Shown piece by piece: positions 36,226-49,462 of a DNA stretch of 64,000 nt. The stretch is from Hormiphora californensis (lineage: Eukaryota; Animalia; Ctenophora). The notes under the pieces are model-generated. The model saw only the letters and a list, made by a program, of their open reading frames with translations. It was not told the origin of the DNA and made no database searches. The translations under genes were made by a program, and so were the position numbers. Positions within the stretch are counted from its first letter, which is position 1. Every line of letters begins with the position of its first letter. Where the stretch lies: assembly GCA_020137815.1 (NCBI GenBank), contig CM035350.1:4774001-4838000 (forward strand), written 5' to 3'.

Positions 36226-39200
36226 TCATGAATTGTTCCTAATTGAGTTGATCCTATCACGCAGAACGGTGTTTTGGGGCCCAATCTGGGAGAGAATCCT
36301 TTCGAATAGCTCCTCACTGCCTCTTGACAACCGAGCTATCTCTCCTGCTTTCTCAGGCATATCAAGGTCCATATAGGAATCAACCTAGGATGGAGAGATG
36401 TTTAATTTGTGTGCGTAAAGAAAGTATGGGACTGGAAACAACATATTAAATGTACAAGTCATGTCTCAAGTTATGTACATTGCGAGTAGCTGTACACAGC
36501 AAACATGTGCTGTATGCAATAAGATTGACAACAGCCAACAAACAAACAAACAAACAAACAAACAAACAAACAAACAAACAAACAAACAAACAAACAAACA
36601 AACAAACAAACAAACAAACAAACAAACAAACAAACAAACAAACAAACAAACAAACAAACAAACAAACAAACAAACAAACAAAATCATCACAAACCTGTTG
36701 TTCGCGAGGAAGCCTTTCCACATATTTTACTGCCTCCGCTTTATTATTATTCTCTAGACACGCATCTACAAAGGGTTTATACCCAATTGGCGACTTCTTA
36801 CTCTTGGCAAACTTCTCGAGTTCTGACCAGTTCCGAGCCTTGGTAAGAGCTCTCACCTTCAGCCACCAAAACTTCCGATCACTCAACTTGAACTCCTTTC
36901 TGAGCCCCTCAGCCTCGGCAAACAATGCCCGCTGAATCAGAAGGTCTACTGTTTCGTTGAGGTTCATTCCAGTAATACCGGTCACCTTGCTATTCAACCC
37001 CACCTGCCGCTTAATCAGTGCAACCTGTTCTAATGTTAGCTGTGACTCCAGGTTATCTCTAGAGATGGTACCCTTTCGGAACAGCTTATCAATGTCCTCC
37101 AGCAGCTTCAATTTCGCCTCTGGGAGTGTGTTGTGGTCTAGTTCCTGGACATAGAGAAGAGCTGAATCCCTATAGTTGTCGTGTGTCTCGTAGTGGGTGT
37201 GGAGCTTCTGGACATCCGTTTGGGCACACCATTTGGTGTACAGGGCCTTCGCCTGGGGGTTATCTTTCAGGGTATTATTGAACTCTCTGATTTTACCGCT
37301 ATCTCGTTCTTTAGGTTCCATGGCAACCAGGACGGTATGGACCTAGGTCCATATCGCCACTCGCTATTGCCTTCTCCATAGCCTTGGCGTTCTGATTCAT
37401 CCTCATTAGCGCAGGAACCTGTTCTGAGCTCCGGGGCTCAAAGTCCAGTAAACTAATCGCCAGCTCCTTCCGTCCCGCCTTCTTAGCTTCATTACAACAG
37501 ATGAAATGTTCAGGAACACATCTCCTAAGGAGGAGCCCAGTTTCCTGGTAATGGCATTCACAATTTCCTCGTCTGTGTCACGAGATTGCCGGACCTTGTC
37601 CATGGCCCACTGGGACAGCACCAGCTCCTTGCCACCTTCCAACCTGAGGTGGTCCACAATGGGCAGGGCCAGACAGTAGAGCTTCATGGCCACCAATCTC
37701 TTGATAAGGCCCATCACAGTGAACTGGTGCAGCTGGCTATACGTCATTGGGATGCCAATACGGAACATCCTGATCTCGTTTAACACTCGGAGTGTCTTGC
37801 AGATTTCAACAAAAGTGATCGGGGTTGTCATAGGCAAGGAAACCTTTCCCGTACGATGCTGCCCGCAGCAGGTTCTTCTGTTGTTTGGGGCTTGTTGAGC
37901 AGGCTGCTGCGTTGATGCACTGTTTCACTGCTAGCTCCATGCTGTTCTTTTCTACTATAACCTGAGGCAGTTCAATGCGTTAGATCAGGTACTACAAAAA
38001 GTATGCTATAGTCCGGTGCAGTAGTAATCTCCTCCTCTTGTCTTTCTCTCTCACATACACCCTCTCTAGTATCTACTCTTTATCTCCCCCTCCCTCTCCC
38101 ATTCTCTCGAACCTACCTGCATGTACTCGTTGGCCTTGTGGCTACCCTTATTGAACTCCTTCTGTGCATCGAACAGCACTGCCCCAGGTTGGAGGGAACC
38201 CATACCTAGGACCTCAACCAAACTGGCAGGAACTCTCCTAATGAGCTCGTGAGTCTTGCTACTAATCATCCTCAACCCATCCATCTCAGGTACCACGAAC
38301 ACCTCCCCGTCCGTCAGGTACTCAATGGGCTCATTGTGGTCCGTCACCGTTATCCCGTATAGACGGACCATGTTTTCACTGTTCCAAACGAGTGCAATAG
38401 CAGCACTCATCTCAACCATGCTATCGTAGGTGCCACACCAGCACATCTGACTGGGTCGGTTGGTAATCCCCGTGTCTACCTGACGATATGAAGGGGGTCA
38501 TGTGACTTCTGGGAAGGGGGTCACGTGACTTCTGGGAAGGGTGTCACGTGACTTCTGGGAAGAGGGTCACGTGACTTCTGGTTAGGGGGTCACGTGACTT
38601 CTGGGAAGGGGGTCACGTGACTTCTGGGAAGGGGGTCACGTGACTTCTGGGAAGGGGGTCACGTGACTTCTGGGAAGTGGGTCATGTGACTTCTGGGAAG
38701 GGGGTCATGTGACTTCTGGGAAGGGAGTCACGTGACTTCTGGGAAGTGGGTCACATGACTTCTGGGAAGGGGGTCACGTGACTTCTGGTTCTGGGAAGGG
38801 GGTCACGTGACTCCTGGGAAGGGGGTCACGTGACTTCTGGGAAGGGGGTCACGTGGGGAAGTATCAATTGAGATATTAGATGGGGAAGTGGGGCAGTAGG
38901 TGGGAAAGTGGGGCATTAGATGGGGATGTGATTGTGAGTGGGAGAACAGTTGTTGTATTTTACCTCACAGTAGGTGGTTTGAAGGTCTGCTGATCCGACC
39001 CACAGGACCCCATTTTCCGAAAACAGGGCAATATCTAGGGTTTTATTTAACAGTGCCATCTCAATCACACTCCCACTGGAAAGGTGCATGCGGGGTGCAT
39101 ATTTAGGGGTGCACCTATCTCGCTCTATGAGGTAGAGTTTAGCGTTGTTCGATACCAAGATCTCAATACTCCGATCCTGGGGGAGGACTGCCCAGCTGGA

Positions 39201-40157
39201 GGGCGGGTTATCCAGTCCCGGGATATCATTCATTTTGTGGTAGGTCGGGTTGTCACTGGCAATATCAGATATAACAAAGAATCGATATGCCCCGGTTAGG
39301 ACTGCAACACCAGTCCGAGTGCCACCATACGTGGGAAATACCTGAAAACATCCCGGTGGAAATGGTGGGGTTCAAAGTCAAAATTCATGTATCCGGAAAT
39401 GGGCAGTATCGGATGATCAGGTGCACCCATATACCAGCTGTTTTTATCGAACAATAAACAATTCTCTCTTTCTAGGAAAAAGATAAACAGTCTGACAGTG
39501 CTACCTACTATACCACTTTGCTTACCCTGGCCTCAATGACACGAGAGTCCTGAATTTCAGCATTAGCCGAGACGAGAGAGAGTGAGACACCGTTGATATC
39601 ATACACGTATATAGAGCCAATATCAGTTACCACAACCAAGTTTTCCTCCGTAGACCAACCTAGCCCAACGACCAAGATTCGCTCATGCTTAGTTGCTATC
39701 TCACTAAATAAAGGGGGGGGGGCCGGGTGATAGAATTAGGAGGAAAATGTTAGAAATTCGTTTCAATAAAGAAACTTCGTGAAACTATATTACTTGAGCA
39801 GTATGCCAGCAGAGTTGTAAATCTCAATTAGTTTTCGAGGCTGGCCCCGTGTCAGTTGCCTGCTGTCCCATGCCAGGGCGATTGGTCCACCACATGGCGC
39901 CATCTCAAGCTTGTAATTCTTCAGCATCTGGACATGGGGGTAATTCATGTTAAAAGCAAAAACTTTGAATTCATACTGCTGTTGAGTGTTGGTAAAACCA
40001 GTCGTAACAGGTTCGAAAAGACACACGTCACTCCATTTCCAAAACTTCCCATGATTACCTTGTCAACCCAGTCCATATCGTAGACCTCAATTTTCTCATA
40101 GAACACATCGCCAAGTGGTTCCCAGTTCCCACACCCCTCATCTACCTCTAAATCCAT
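36226..40157 (-). CDS. VPS16: Vacuolar protein sorting 16 (HOPS/CORVET), ~7 exons, apparent frameshifts near 37812, 37500 and 37347
   Basis: [85 protein letters not shown]; last exon 36226-36384. Confidence 0.93.
36536..36682. repeat. (AAAC)n microsatellite in the last VPS16 intron
   Basis: Directly visible. Confidence 0.95.
38491..38856. repeat. 23 bp minisatellite, ~16 copies, core GTCACGTGAC
   Basis: GAAGGGGGTCACGTGACTTCTGG units in a VPS16 intron next to the 38480 acceptor. Confidence 0.95.
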
Positions 40158-40290
40158 TATCTCATGTCGTTATAATGCTGCTAGAGGGAGAAATGGTGGG
40201 ATTAATCATGATATATGATCATACTATTTTTAGTGAGTTCGAAGGGATGCGTTTGGGGGACAACAGAGATATAAAACAATATCAATCATA

Positions 40291-40708
40291 TCCTTATTAT
40301 AATTTGCAAATGCGTGGCGTGGTGATGGTGTAGTATCCCACGTGCAAATAGTGGGGGGTTGCCAAGGAGGTGCCATAGCCCAGCTACGCAGTGGGTGATT
40401 GAAGGCTGCACGTGCGGGTTGGTGCAGTGGGTGAGAGGGGTGCTCCTGGGTGAGGGGATTCGGGTCAACGGGTGCTCTACTTCAACGGGTTTTCTAGTCC
40501 TTATTATAATTTGCAAATGCGTGGCGTGATGATGTCCTATCCACACGTGCAAATAGAGAGGGGTTGCCAAGGAGGTGCCATAGCCCAGCTACGCAGCGGG
40601 TGATTGAAAGCTGCACGTGCGGGTTGGTGCAGTGGGTGAGAGGGGTGCTCCTGGGTGAGGGGGTGGGGATTCGGGTCAACGGGTGCTCTACTTCAACGGG
40701 TTTTCTAG
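40291..40708 (+). mobile_element. Head-to-tail dimer of a ~210 bp non-autonomous Helitron
   Basis: A|TCCTTATTATAA...TTCTAG|TCCTTATTATAA...TTCTAG|T; units 40291-40497 and 40498-40708. Confidence 0.8.
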
Positions 40709-40763
40709 TCAAACTAAAAAGTGCAATAACTTATAAACATAACATTTCCACTCTCCCCTCATT

Positions 40764-41906
40764 TCAAAGTCCCTGGCTCTCTCTCGATAGTTCAGCGGTG
40801 AAGGGTACAGGTCGTGTTCCAGTGTTGGGTTCAGCCAACACCTCCGGTTTGTAACACTTGCTCGGATCAACTCTCACCACATACCGCCCAGTCTTGTTGG
40901 CCTGCTCCTGGGGTGACTCAAAGCCGTGCATGGCAACCATGAATGCCTTGCACAGCGACTCCGGGTTGTTCCTACCGTAGAGTTTAACACCCACATCCTC
41001 GTAACCAGACAGATCCAATAGACACTTTACTATCCGGTGGGCTTTGTTACCTGCCCCTGCTGGACAGGGAACCACCTTCAGCTCAGTCTCGTGGTATCTC
41101 CCATATGCAGTGTAGGGGACCCCTCTTGACTCTGTCATAGGCATGGGGACAAGCTGACGGTAGGCATACTCCTTAGCTTCCAACATTGCGTCCATCATGC
41201 CCTTCTTAAAGGTCATCCCAACTCCCAGGAGACCTCTTTTATTCCCAACAGCAACGACTACCCTGAATCCCATTATCTTGCCCTTGCTGTAATACTTGGA
41301 GCGCAGGTCAACCGACAACAACCGGGAATCAAAGTTGGTGTCGTATCTTTCATCAGATACGGTGTCGTCATCATTCAACATGTGGGGTGGTCCGAACGAC
41401 TTCCCCACATCGGTGTTGTGCGACCATCCACTCCCAGTCAGTATGTCCATCTTCTTAGCCTTAAAAAAGTTCCCAGTCAGCGTTGAGGACAGGTGGGCAA
41501 TAGATCGGCCACCGGGGTCGTTCCGGCGTTGGTAGTGAATATCACGCGTTTCAGCAGTGGACATAAACTCTGAAAACTCAGAAAATCCCTTAGCAAGCCT
41601 CACTGTGGCAAAATCTTGCCGATTATAGTTGAAATGTTCAATAGGCATCGGATTAACTTTTGGGTTAATCTCAAACTGGATGGCCTTGTTCGGGTAGTTG
41701 AGGTTCTTCGGACGTAACCCTTCCCTCCACTGATCCTTCATTGTCGCTAACCACATTGTGTTTTCATTTTCAGTTAGAATTGGAATGCGGTATCTCGTTT
41801 TATCTTCCTCGTGATAGTGAGCTTCCAGGCTGGTCCGAGTTCCAGACTCACTGGCGAGCTGCCTTGCTCCGGAACAACTAGCTCGTTGAACTGCAGTTCT
41901 GATCAT
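40764..41906 (-). CDS. MRPS5: Mitochondrial ribosomal protein uS5m, intronless
   Basis: Arg/Ala/Ser-rich presequence; FRVVVAVGNKRGLLGVG, VPCPAGAGNKAHR and LSGYEDVGVKLYGRNNP S5 motifs. Confidence 0.88.
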   Translation of the reverse strand: MIRTAVQRASCSGARQLASESGTRTSLEAHYHEEDKTRYRIPILTENENTMWLATMKDQWREGLRPKNLNYPNKAIQFEINPKVNPMPIEHFNYNRQDFATVRLAKGFSEFSEFMSTAETRDIHYQRRNDPGGRSIAHLSSTLTGNFFKAKKMDILTGSGWSHNTDVGKSFGPPHMLNDDDTVSDERYDTNFDSRLLSVDLRSKYYSKGKIMGFRVVVAVGNKRGLLGVGMTFKKGMMDAMLEAKEYAYRQLVPMPMTESRGVPYTAYGRYHETELKVVPCPAGAGNKAHRIVKCLLDLSGYEDVGVKLYGRNNPESLCKAFMVAMHGFESPQEQANKTGRYVVRVDPSKCYKPEVLAEPNTGTRPVPFTAELSRESQGL

Positions 41907-42320
41907 TCTAAGTGAATAGTTTTGGGTAAATGTAACTTGTCAGCTGTCTTGAAAGGGAATATGAATGTTCGGCGCACTGCCGGGCGCAGGACGTAGGTTG
42001 GCTACTGTCATGAGACCCGAAGTCATGAGACAATGGGTATTTAGAAAATGGAATCGCTTCATTTCCTACTTTTTGACCCAAACAAAACTTAAATTTAGCT
42101 AAATTGGGCCAATTTTAAGTATTTTCCTCGTCTATGACACGGATTGTGCGACTTGGAGTTTGGAAACACTGGGCACATGACCACAACCTGGGCCCCTAGC
42201 CCCCTAGCTTTTTTTACGGGATAATGCAGCGGGATAAGGCAGCCAGGGACGTCGCTGGCAAACGCTGATGGCCCCCGATAGCGCGGGATAAGGCAGCGCT
42301 TTTCAACAATTTGGCCGTTT

Positions 42321-42800
42321 AATAATAATAATAATAATAATAATAGTAACAGTTTATATCCCGCTCTGACACAGTTTGTAATATGCAAATGGTCCGCCTT
42401 TCCGAAAAACAGTGACTGCAACCAGATGCCTGCTCCTAGAGCGGTCCTTTATCTTCGGCGTATGGTGAGATTAGGAGGTGATTTTCTTATGGGTGATTGA
42501 TCAGGCATGGACGTGAATATCGGCAACACGTTTTCTGAGGAGGTATATTCCTCGGGAGGGTTATTTGCTCCCAAGGTTGACGGCTAGTGTCTCAAGCCTA
42601 GATTGGGTACTACTCACAGTGGAAAGGACAACAGCACTGACAGTGAAAGGAAAAACCGATGGGTAGTAGATCGACAGTAAAACAGCAGACCAACAGACAG
42701 GACTAAGGACAAGACTAAGGACAAAACTATGAATCAGAACATTTAGTGGAACTAACAGACGCCCAGAATCATAGGTTGAGACACCACCAAGGAGGGGGGG
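42321..42800 (-). mobile_element. Probable 3' end of an L2-like element with (ATT)n tail
   Basis: Minus strand ends ...GAGCGGGATATAAAC..(ATT)n, like the 24640-24673 LINE end; 5' boundary not defined. Confidence 0.4.
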
Positions 42801-42814
42801 GGGTAGGTAGGGGA

Positions 42815-42974
42815 TTTTTTTTTGTTTTTTTTTTTTTTTTGTTTTTTTTGTTGTTTTTTTTTTTTTTTTTTTTGTTTTTTTTGTTTTTTTTTTTGTTTTT
42901 TTTTTGTTTTTTTTGTTTCTTTTTTTTGTTTTTTTTGTTTTTTTTGTTTTGTTTTTTTTTTGTTTTGTTTTTTT

Positions 42975-43005
<31 letters not shown>

Positions 43006-43015
43006 CTTTCTTTTA
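42815..43015. repeat. T-rich low-complexity tract
   Basis: T runs interrupted by single G. Confidence 0.9.
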
Positions 43016-43615
43016 TCAATAAATTAGGTCATTAATAAATTATCTCTACAATTCGTCTACAAAAGAATCAGCCCTGGGTACACCCAAAAAATTAAAACTC
43101 ATAAAAAAATAGAAACTTCCATCCCGTAACAAATATATAAAAACCACTTAGATCACACTTAAAAAAAGACACACACATATACTGGAAACAGATGAGTCTG
43201 AAAAACAGCCCGGGGTTATGAGAAAAAAAAACTCATCACAAAAAAGAGGCGGCAAGCATTAACAAATAAATATAAAAACGCTTAGAACACACTAGAAAAA
43301 GCACTAGAACACTTGGAGAAACGCTCTAAGACCTCAGTACTCAAAAAACACTGGAAACACTTGACTTAGGAACACACTCAGAAATACACGAAAAACACAC
43401 AATTGTCTGAGGAGTCTCTTTTGGATTTTGACAACGATTTGCAAAATTTTGCTGTTTGATTTTTGCGATTTGAAATCTTTATTTAATTACAGCCGCGGCA
43501 GCGTTGTATGTCAAATTGTTCGCGCGTTACGTTTAAAATAAACTTCGTGGAGCAGAGCTGATCTGTTGCGACCCGACCTAAATTCCAAACACACTTTTTC
43601 AACGCGCTTGGCTTG

Positions 43616-43772
43616 CTAAAGTCGGATTTTTTGAAGTTGTCACCCCAAAATGACCGCGCATGTGAAATTTATCAATTTTGACGCGCACACCACACGTTAA
43701 CATGTGATGTGACGCGCAAAAACATTCCGCGCACGAAAAGGGGGGTGACAACTTCAAAAAATCCGACTTTAG
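43616..43772. mobile_element. MITE with ~30 bp TIRs; diverged copy at ~10441-10561, similar termini at 16874 and 17569
   Basis: CTAAAGTCGGATTTTTTGAAGTTGTCACCC and its reverse complement; TTG on both flanks. Confidence 0.8.
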
Positions 43773-43789
43773 TTGCGGCTTGTCTCTTA

Positions 43790-45166
43790 TAGGGATCCCT
43801 AAAAAAGTTCAGTATTGACACCGCGTTTACACCAGTTAAGCCATTACGCTTTTCCCCACGGTAGCGTGAGAAGAAAATCTACGCTGTGATTGGCTTAAAT
43901 TTTCCATCTTCAGAAATTTCAGTCAATTTCAGTTTCAAACTTTTCAACACTACTTTAAACAAATTAATTTGAGTTTCAGCAACATGGCGATGTAACGGCC
44001 CCAAAGGGCAGAACGTAAGATAATGGCAGACGAACAACGAGGATTGGACTTTGCTGTAAGACGGATTCTGACGCTGGCCAAAAGTGGAGAGAGCTCTGTC
44101 GCTGGCAATGTCTTAAAAAAGTGCAGGAGCAGTCCAGATTTCAACGATGCTGAAATACCGTCATCAGTTAAAATCAACTCTGTACACACGAAATATGAGC
44201 TAAAGCAACTGATTGAAGAAATGAGCTTTGCAACGTTTATTGTTCTAAAACACTTTGAGCGTCATATCTTTGCCGAGAAATCCCCTGAGATGGTACTCAA
44301 AGAGGAGCGAGATGAACTCAAAGAGGAGCGAGATGAACTGTTGAGAAAATCTCTCGAGTTGCAGGAGCAGGAGGAGAAGTTGAAAGTGGAGTGTGATGAT
44401 CTTTTGAGAAGAACTGTCAAGTTACAAGAGCAGGTTATTGAGCTTCAGGGCGAGCAACTGAATCGAGTTACCGAGACGGTACAGAAAGATTTGCGTACTT
44501 TCTCTGCAGTCGTCACACAGAATTGTAAGACTGCGTTTGCATCGAAAAAGATCCAGAAAGCCGTGGAAAAGGTCACGCACAAGCCAGTTGATACCGGCCC
44601 AGACAGATCGAAAAATCTGATGGTGTTTGGTCTACCGGAATGTGAGGATGAAACTGAATCTGTGTTAAAGGGTGAAGTGGAAAATGTTTTTGCTGAGCTA
44701 GGCGAGAAACCGACCATAGAAGCTAGAAGGGTGGGTTTGAAACGGGGAGGAAGGGAGAGACCAGTGATTGTGAACTGTGAAGCTACAGAGTAGGGAAATG
44801 CTGCTAAGCCTTCTCCAGAAGGCAAAGCAGCTAAAACAGTTAGAATCGTACTGCGGTGTATATCTTGCAAGGGATATGTCCTTCGCAGAGAGAAGTGAGA
44901 GGAGAGAACTCCACCTAACGTTGAAGGAGTTGAGGGACTCGAATCCTGGAGGCCAATTCCGGGTACGGAGGGGGGTGATAGACTTTTCATAATGGGTATC
45001 TTCAATGAACTTTAATATCTATCGGTAACCCGTATTTGCCCACAAAAAAGGGGCTTATTTATACAACTAAATTGTGTAAATTATATAGATTTAATAATAA
45101 TAATCAGTCAATCACAGCGCCCTGGTGTAAATGCTGTATAAATACTGAACTTTTTAGGGATCCCTA
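43790..45166. mobile_element. ~190 bp MITE split by the ORF1-only retroelement
   Basis: TAGGGATCCCTAAAAAAGTTCAGTATT..TTTACACCAG and CTGGTGTAAA..AATACTGAACTTTTTAGGGATCCCTA, flanked by TA. Confidence 0.78.
43928..45103 (+). mobile_element. ORF1-only non-LTR retroelement, ~1.18 kb, with TSD and (TAA)n tail
   Basis: TSD TCAGTCAAT at 43919-43927 and 45104-45112. ORF 44023-44992 (7 nt duplication near 44775) encodes a coiled coil plus DRSKNLMVFGLPE..RPVIVKL..VYLARDMS, typical of LINE ORF1p. No ORF2. Confidence 0.8.
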
Positions 45167-45698
45167 TAGTTGCTACCGTGGGCTCCTGGCAGGGGCAAAG
45201 AAAATGGGTCCAGATTTTTGATTGCCGAAATTGCCAATTAGAAAAATTATAGCGCTGAGGCCTGAGCGCACGCTTCAGGAAAAGCTAAAGCCGTAGCCGT
45301 GCAATGTGCATGCACTAGAACAAACCCCGATTGTTGTTGACTTCGTGTGGCACCCGGTTAAGTTGCAGACTGCAAAGAAATATTTACCGAAAGGACCGTG
45401 GCTGAAATGCCATTGAAACGGATATCAGCACCGCGACATCTGGATCCATCTTGGAGCCCGAGTCGACTTACCTTGCTTTTTTAGTAATGGCGATCACTTG
45501 AGAACGTGGATGTGGGTTACAGGAGTAGCGTAGGCTTCATTAAAATATATCCATTTTCTCTTGCCTGACTCATCTTTTAAAGCTGTGTCATTGCATAATT
45601 GTTTATTAATTGTATTTCTACTGCTCTTAACATCGCCTTTTGAGAGTGAATTACGACATAATAGTACGTATTTACTAACAATATCCACTGTTAAAGTA

Positions 45699-46804
45699 AT
45701 GTTAGCCACTGCAAATAACGACAATACCACGGAGGTAAAACCAGATGAGAAAGAGGCTGGTGGTAAACCCAAACCCGTCGTCATTCTAACATTGGGAATG
45801 GCAGGTTCTGGAAAAACTTGCTTTATGCAGCGAATAAACGCTTATCTACACGCTAAAGAGAAACAACCCTACGTTATCAATTTGGATCCTGCGGTTTTTG
45901 AAGTCCCTTATCCGGCGAACATTGATATTCGAGACAGTGTAAAATATAAAGAGGTTATGAAACAGTACCAGTTAGGGCCGAACGGTGGAATTATCACTGC
46001 TCTCAATCTCTTTGCTACTAAATTCGATCAGGTACCCCCCCCCCCCCACACAGTTCCCCCCTTTTGTCTGTTGGATATTATTATATTCTGCAGAACTCTT
46101 TGAAATATCAACTCCATAAATATCATCTCCCCTTCACTTGTTCATGGTCTAAATATATACACGCGAACATATAACACCCTCTTGTTTTCTAGGTCCTTTC
46201 AATTTTGGAGAAAAAGGAAGACCTTGATTTCATTTTGGTGGATACACCCGGTCAGATAGAAGTATTCACATGGAGCGCCAGTGGGACTATAATATCCGAA
46301 GCGATAGCACGAAGTTACCCGACTGTTATTGCATATGTGATGGACACTGTCCGGTGTACCAATCCCGTCACATTCATGTCTAACATGATGTATGCATGCA
46401 GTATCATGTACAAGACACGCCTTCCCCTCATTGTCGTTATGAACAAGGTAGGAGAGAGAAAGAGAGATGGGATCCTTTGTTCATGTTTGCACTTCTGTAA
46501 CTGATGAGGGTAGTACAACATTTTACCGTCAAGAGAGCTGTAACGAGGTGTTGATGCTCCCTATTCACTAATTCCATGCTCTCCTGCCTAGATAGATGTT
46601 GTTGATAACAAGTTTGCCGTTGATTGGATGGCGGATTTTGAAACATTCCAAGAGGCCCTTGATGCCCATCCCTCCTACTCGAGTAATCTTTCCCGGTCGA
46701 TGAGCCTCGTTTTGGACGAGTTTTATCAGGTATTATATTAACTTCCTGTTCCCCGCCAATTGACTTGCATGAGTGATACGACCCTCTATCATCAGAAGTG
46801 TGCG

Positions 46805-46835
<31 letters not shown>

Positions 46836-48356
46836 AATAGAGAGAGAGATAGATAGATAGATAGATAGTGACCACTTATCCCGTCATGTTATTATAGTTG
46901 GTCCTAGATCCGTTGTTAGGGATCTAGCTATGATAACAAGATCACAAGTTTCAATCTCCTGATTGAATAAATGAATTTAAAGAGAATCACGGTGATTCTC
47001 TTATTCATTTCTTCACCTCTTTTCCTATCTCTCTCTCCTCTCTCTTTCCCCTCTCTATCTCTCCCTCTATCTCTTACCCTCTCTCCTATCCCCTCTCTCC
47101 GTCACCTTTTACATTTCATATGTAATCTTTTATCTATGACCTGCCCTGTGAGTTTGTGTGTTCCATAATCGGTATACGGTACAAAATTCATTTCGGTCAA
47201 TTCGAGTAACATGAACCGGTATATTTCCCGCTCCTTTTCTCTCTCTCCCTACATTCCCCCTCCAATATATTAATTTTTGTCGCCCCTTGTCTACATCATC
47301 ATGTCTTTCACCCCTCTCCAGTTCCACACACCATCTCCCTTGGTTACCCTTCTCTACCATTCCAATCCTCATCTTCCTCTTCCTTTCTACCTATATACTC
47401 AGTGAGGACTCGCCCACTCCCCTCTCTTTCTGCCTATAATGTGCTCAGTACTCACCCTTTCTACCTACCTAGGCTAGATACTCTACTAACTACTCTCTCA
47501 GTACTCAGTACCCCCTCCCTCTAGTTACTAATCTCCCCCTCCCTCTCAAGTCTCGGTTACTACTCTCCCCCTCCCTCTAGTTACTACTCTCTCCCTCCCC
47601 TCAGGACCTCCGCTCAGTTGGAATATCAGCGGTCACAGGTAATGGATGCACGTCATTCTTCTCCGCTGTGAGCGGTGCGGTGAAGGAGTATTATGATGAG
47701 TACCTGCCCTACCTGGAGGAACTGAGATCAGCAATCAGGACACGGAAACAGGGAGAAATGGAGGAACAGATGAAAAAGTTAAAGGTACCTACTTTATTGA
47801 ACTTAATTCATGGGCTTTGTAGTGGCTACCCGCTACCCGTTTATCAGCCCCATCGGCTCTGCCAACTTCAATAAATCGATAATGGGCTATTATTTCTCTA
47901 GCTGCTAGTATCCCCTCTCCCTCCGGGGTTTTGGTCTTATTCAGAATCTCGTGTGTGGCATCTCTGGGGGTTGATATTATATGGAATTATAACAGTCATG
48001 GTTGTTTATATTAGAAGTTAGACAAGATATACGGCAATTCATTCTGATTTCTGATCTCCGATAGAAATAATATCTCGAATGATAATAATACGGGATAAAT
48101 ATATATGAGTCGCCCGTAGTGTTCTCAAGAAAGGCAGATTTACGCTGCAATGGGAAGAAGGAAGAGAGGGAGAGAGCTAAGGAGAGAGAGAGAGAAAGAG
48201 AGAGAAAGAGAGGGAGAGAGAGAGAAATATCATCTAGATAGGAGAGGTCTACATACTGCGTCACAATGCCGGTTTCGACAAGGCGGTGTTCGGACCTTCC
48301 ATAAAGAGGTTTTGCCAGAGTAGAACTCCTTCTTCTAGTGTATTATTCATCTACCC

Positions 48357-48447
<91 letters not shown>

Positions 48448-48456
48448 TCTCTCCTC

Positions 48457-48553
<97 letters not shown>

Positions 48554-48941
48554 TCTGTTTGCCTCTTTACCGCGTCCACTGCACGGCTTCCTCTCATCAG
48601 GTTGATAGAGGTGAGGAGGTACCCCTCCATCAAGGGGGATCCCAGGACGAGTACTCATCCAACCTACCCCCATCTTTTTCCAACTACGAAGATCCCGATG
48701 GGTCGGATGAGGAGGATGAAGAGGTACTCTAGGAAGATTTTGTGACGTGGTAGATTCTTTATAAAGACTTGAACTAAGTCTCACTCTCTCTCTCTTTTTG
48801 TTCTGTGTTGTGGTTGTCGTCAACTGAACAATTGACCTAATCGTTCCAGCAGCACTGTTTATACCCCCCTTTATTCAGGACGTCCAGTACGAGGAGAGTT
48901 CCATGGCAGAGGCATCCTTCGACCGCTTCAGACTTACCTGA
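45699..48941 (+). CDS. GPN1: GPN-loop GTPase 1; exons 45699-46031, 46193-46447, 46592-46729, 47605-47784, 48601-48723, 48879-48941
   Basis: [56 protein letters not shown] short upstream exon is possible. Confidence 0.95.
48361..48550. repeat. (CT)n microsatellite near a GPN1 acceptor
   Basis: Directly visible. Confidence 0.95.
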
Positions 48942-49462
48942 CCGTGTACCACGCGAGATACCTTTTACTGTTTTTATATTTTAATTTGAGTTTTTATTTA
49001 TTTATTGAACCTGTTTTTAACACCAGATAAAGACTTTGTTGTAGCTTCCTTGTTATAGCTTCCACTCTACGTAAACACTGCCTACTCTTATCCGTAGTTG
49101 TTATGTTCTAACCCTCCTTTACATTTGTTTCGCGGGCAGGGTGTAGTGCGCGCGGAAAACAGTCTAGCTAGGCAAATCCGTAGTTCCAACATGTAGTGAA
49201 GAGTCAATACTCAATACCCGATGGTTGTCCCAGTCCAATGCCTTGCTCTCGCCCCACAAAACAACCATCCCCCCTTTTGATATACCTCCCCGGCAGTTCT
49301 CCCTTGTTTTGCTCAAGCCCCATTTTTCTCACCGTCGCAGGGCGAGACAGGGCCGAGCAAGGCAACCTCTCTCTCCCGACTAACTGCCTAACTCTACTAA
49401 CATCTCAAATCCCTAGTAAGCGCAAGTTCATGTGAGTGGTATGCAAGTGGGCTGGCGATACC

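Noticed and set aside
43790-45166. DNA transposon encoding its own transposase
   Set aside because: The ORF has no DDE features and has its own TSD and tail, so it is a retroelement inserted into a MITE.
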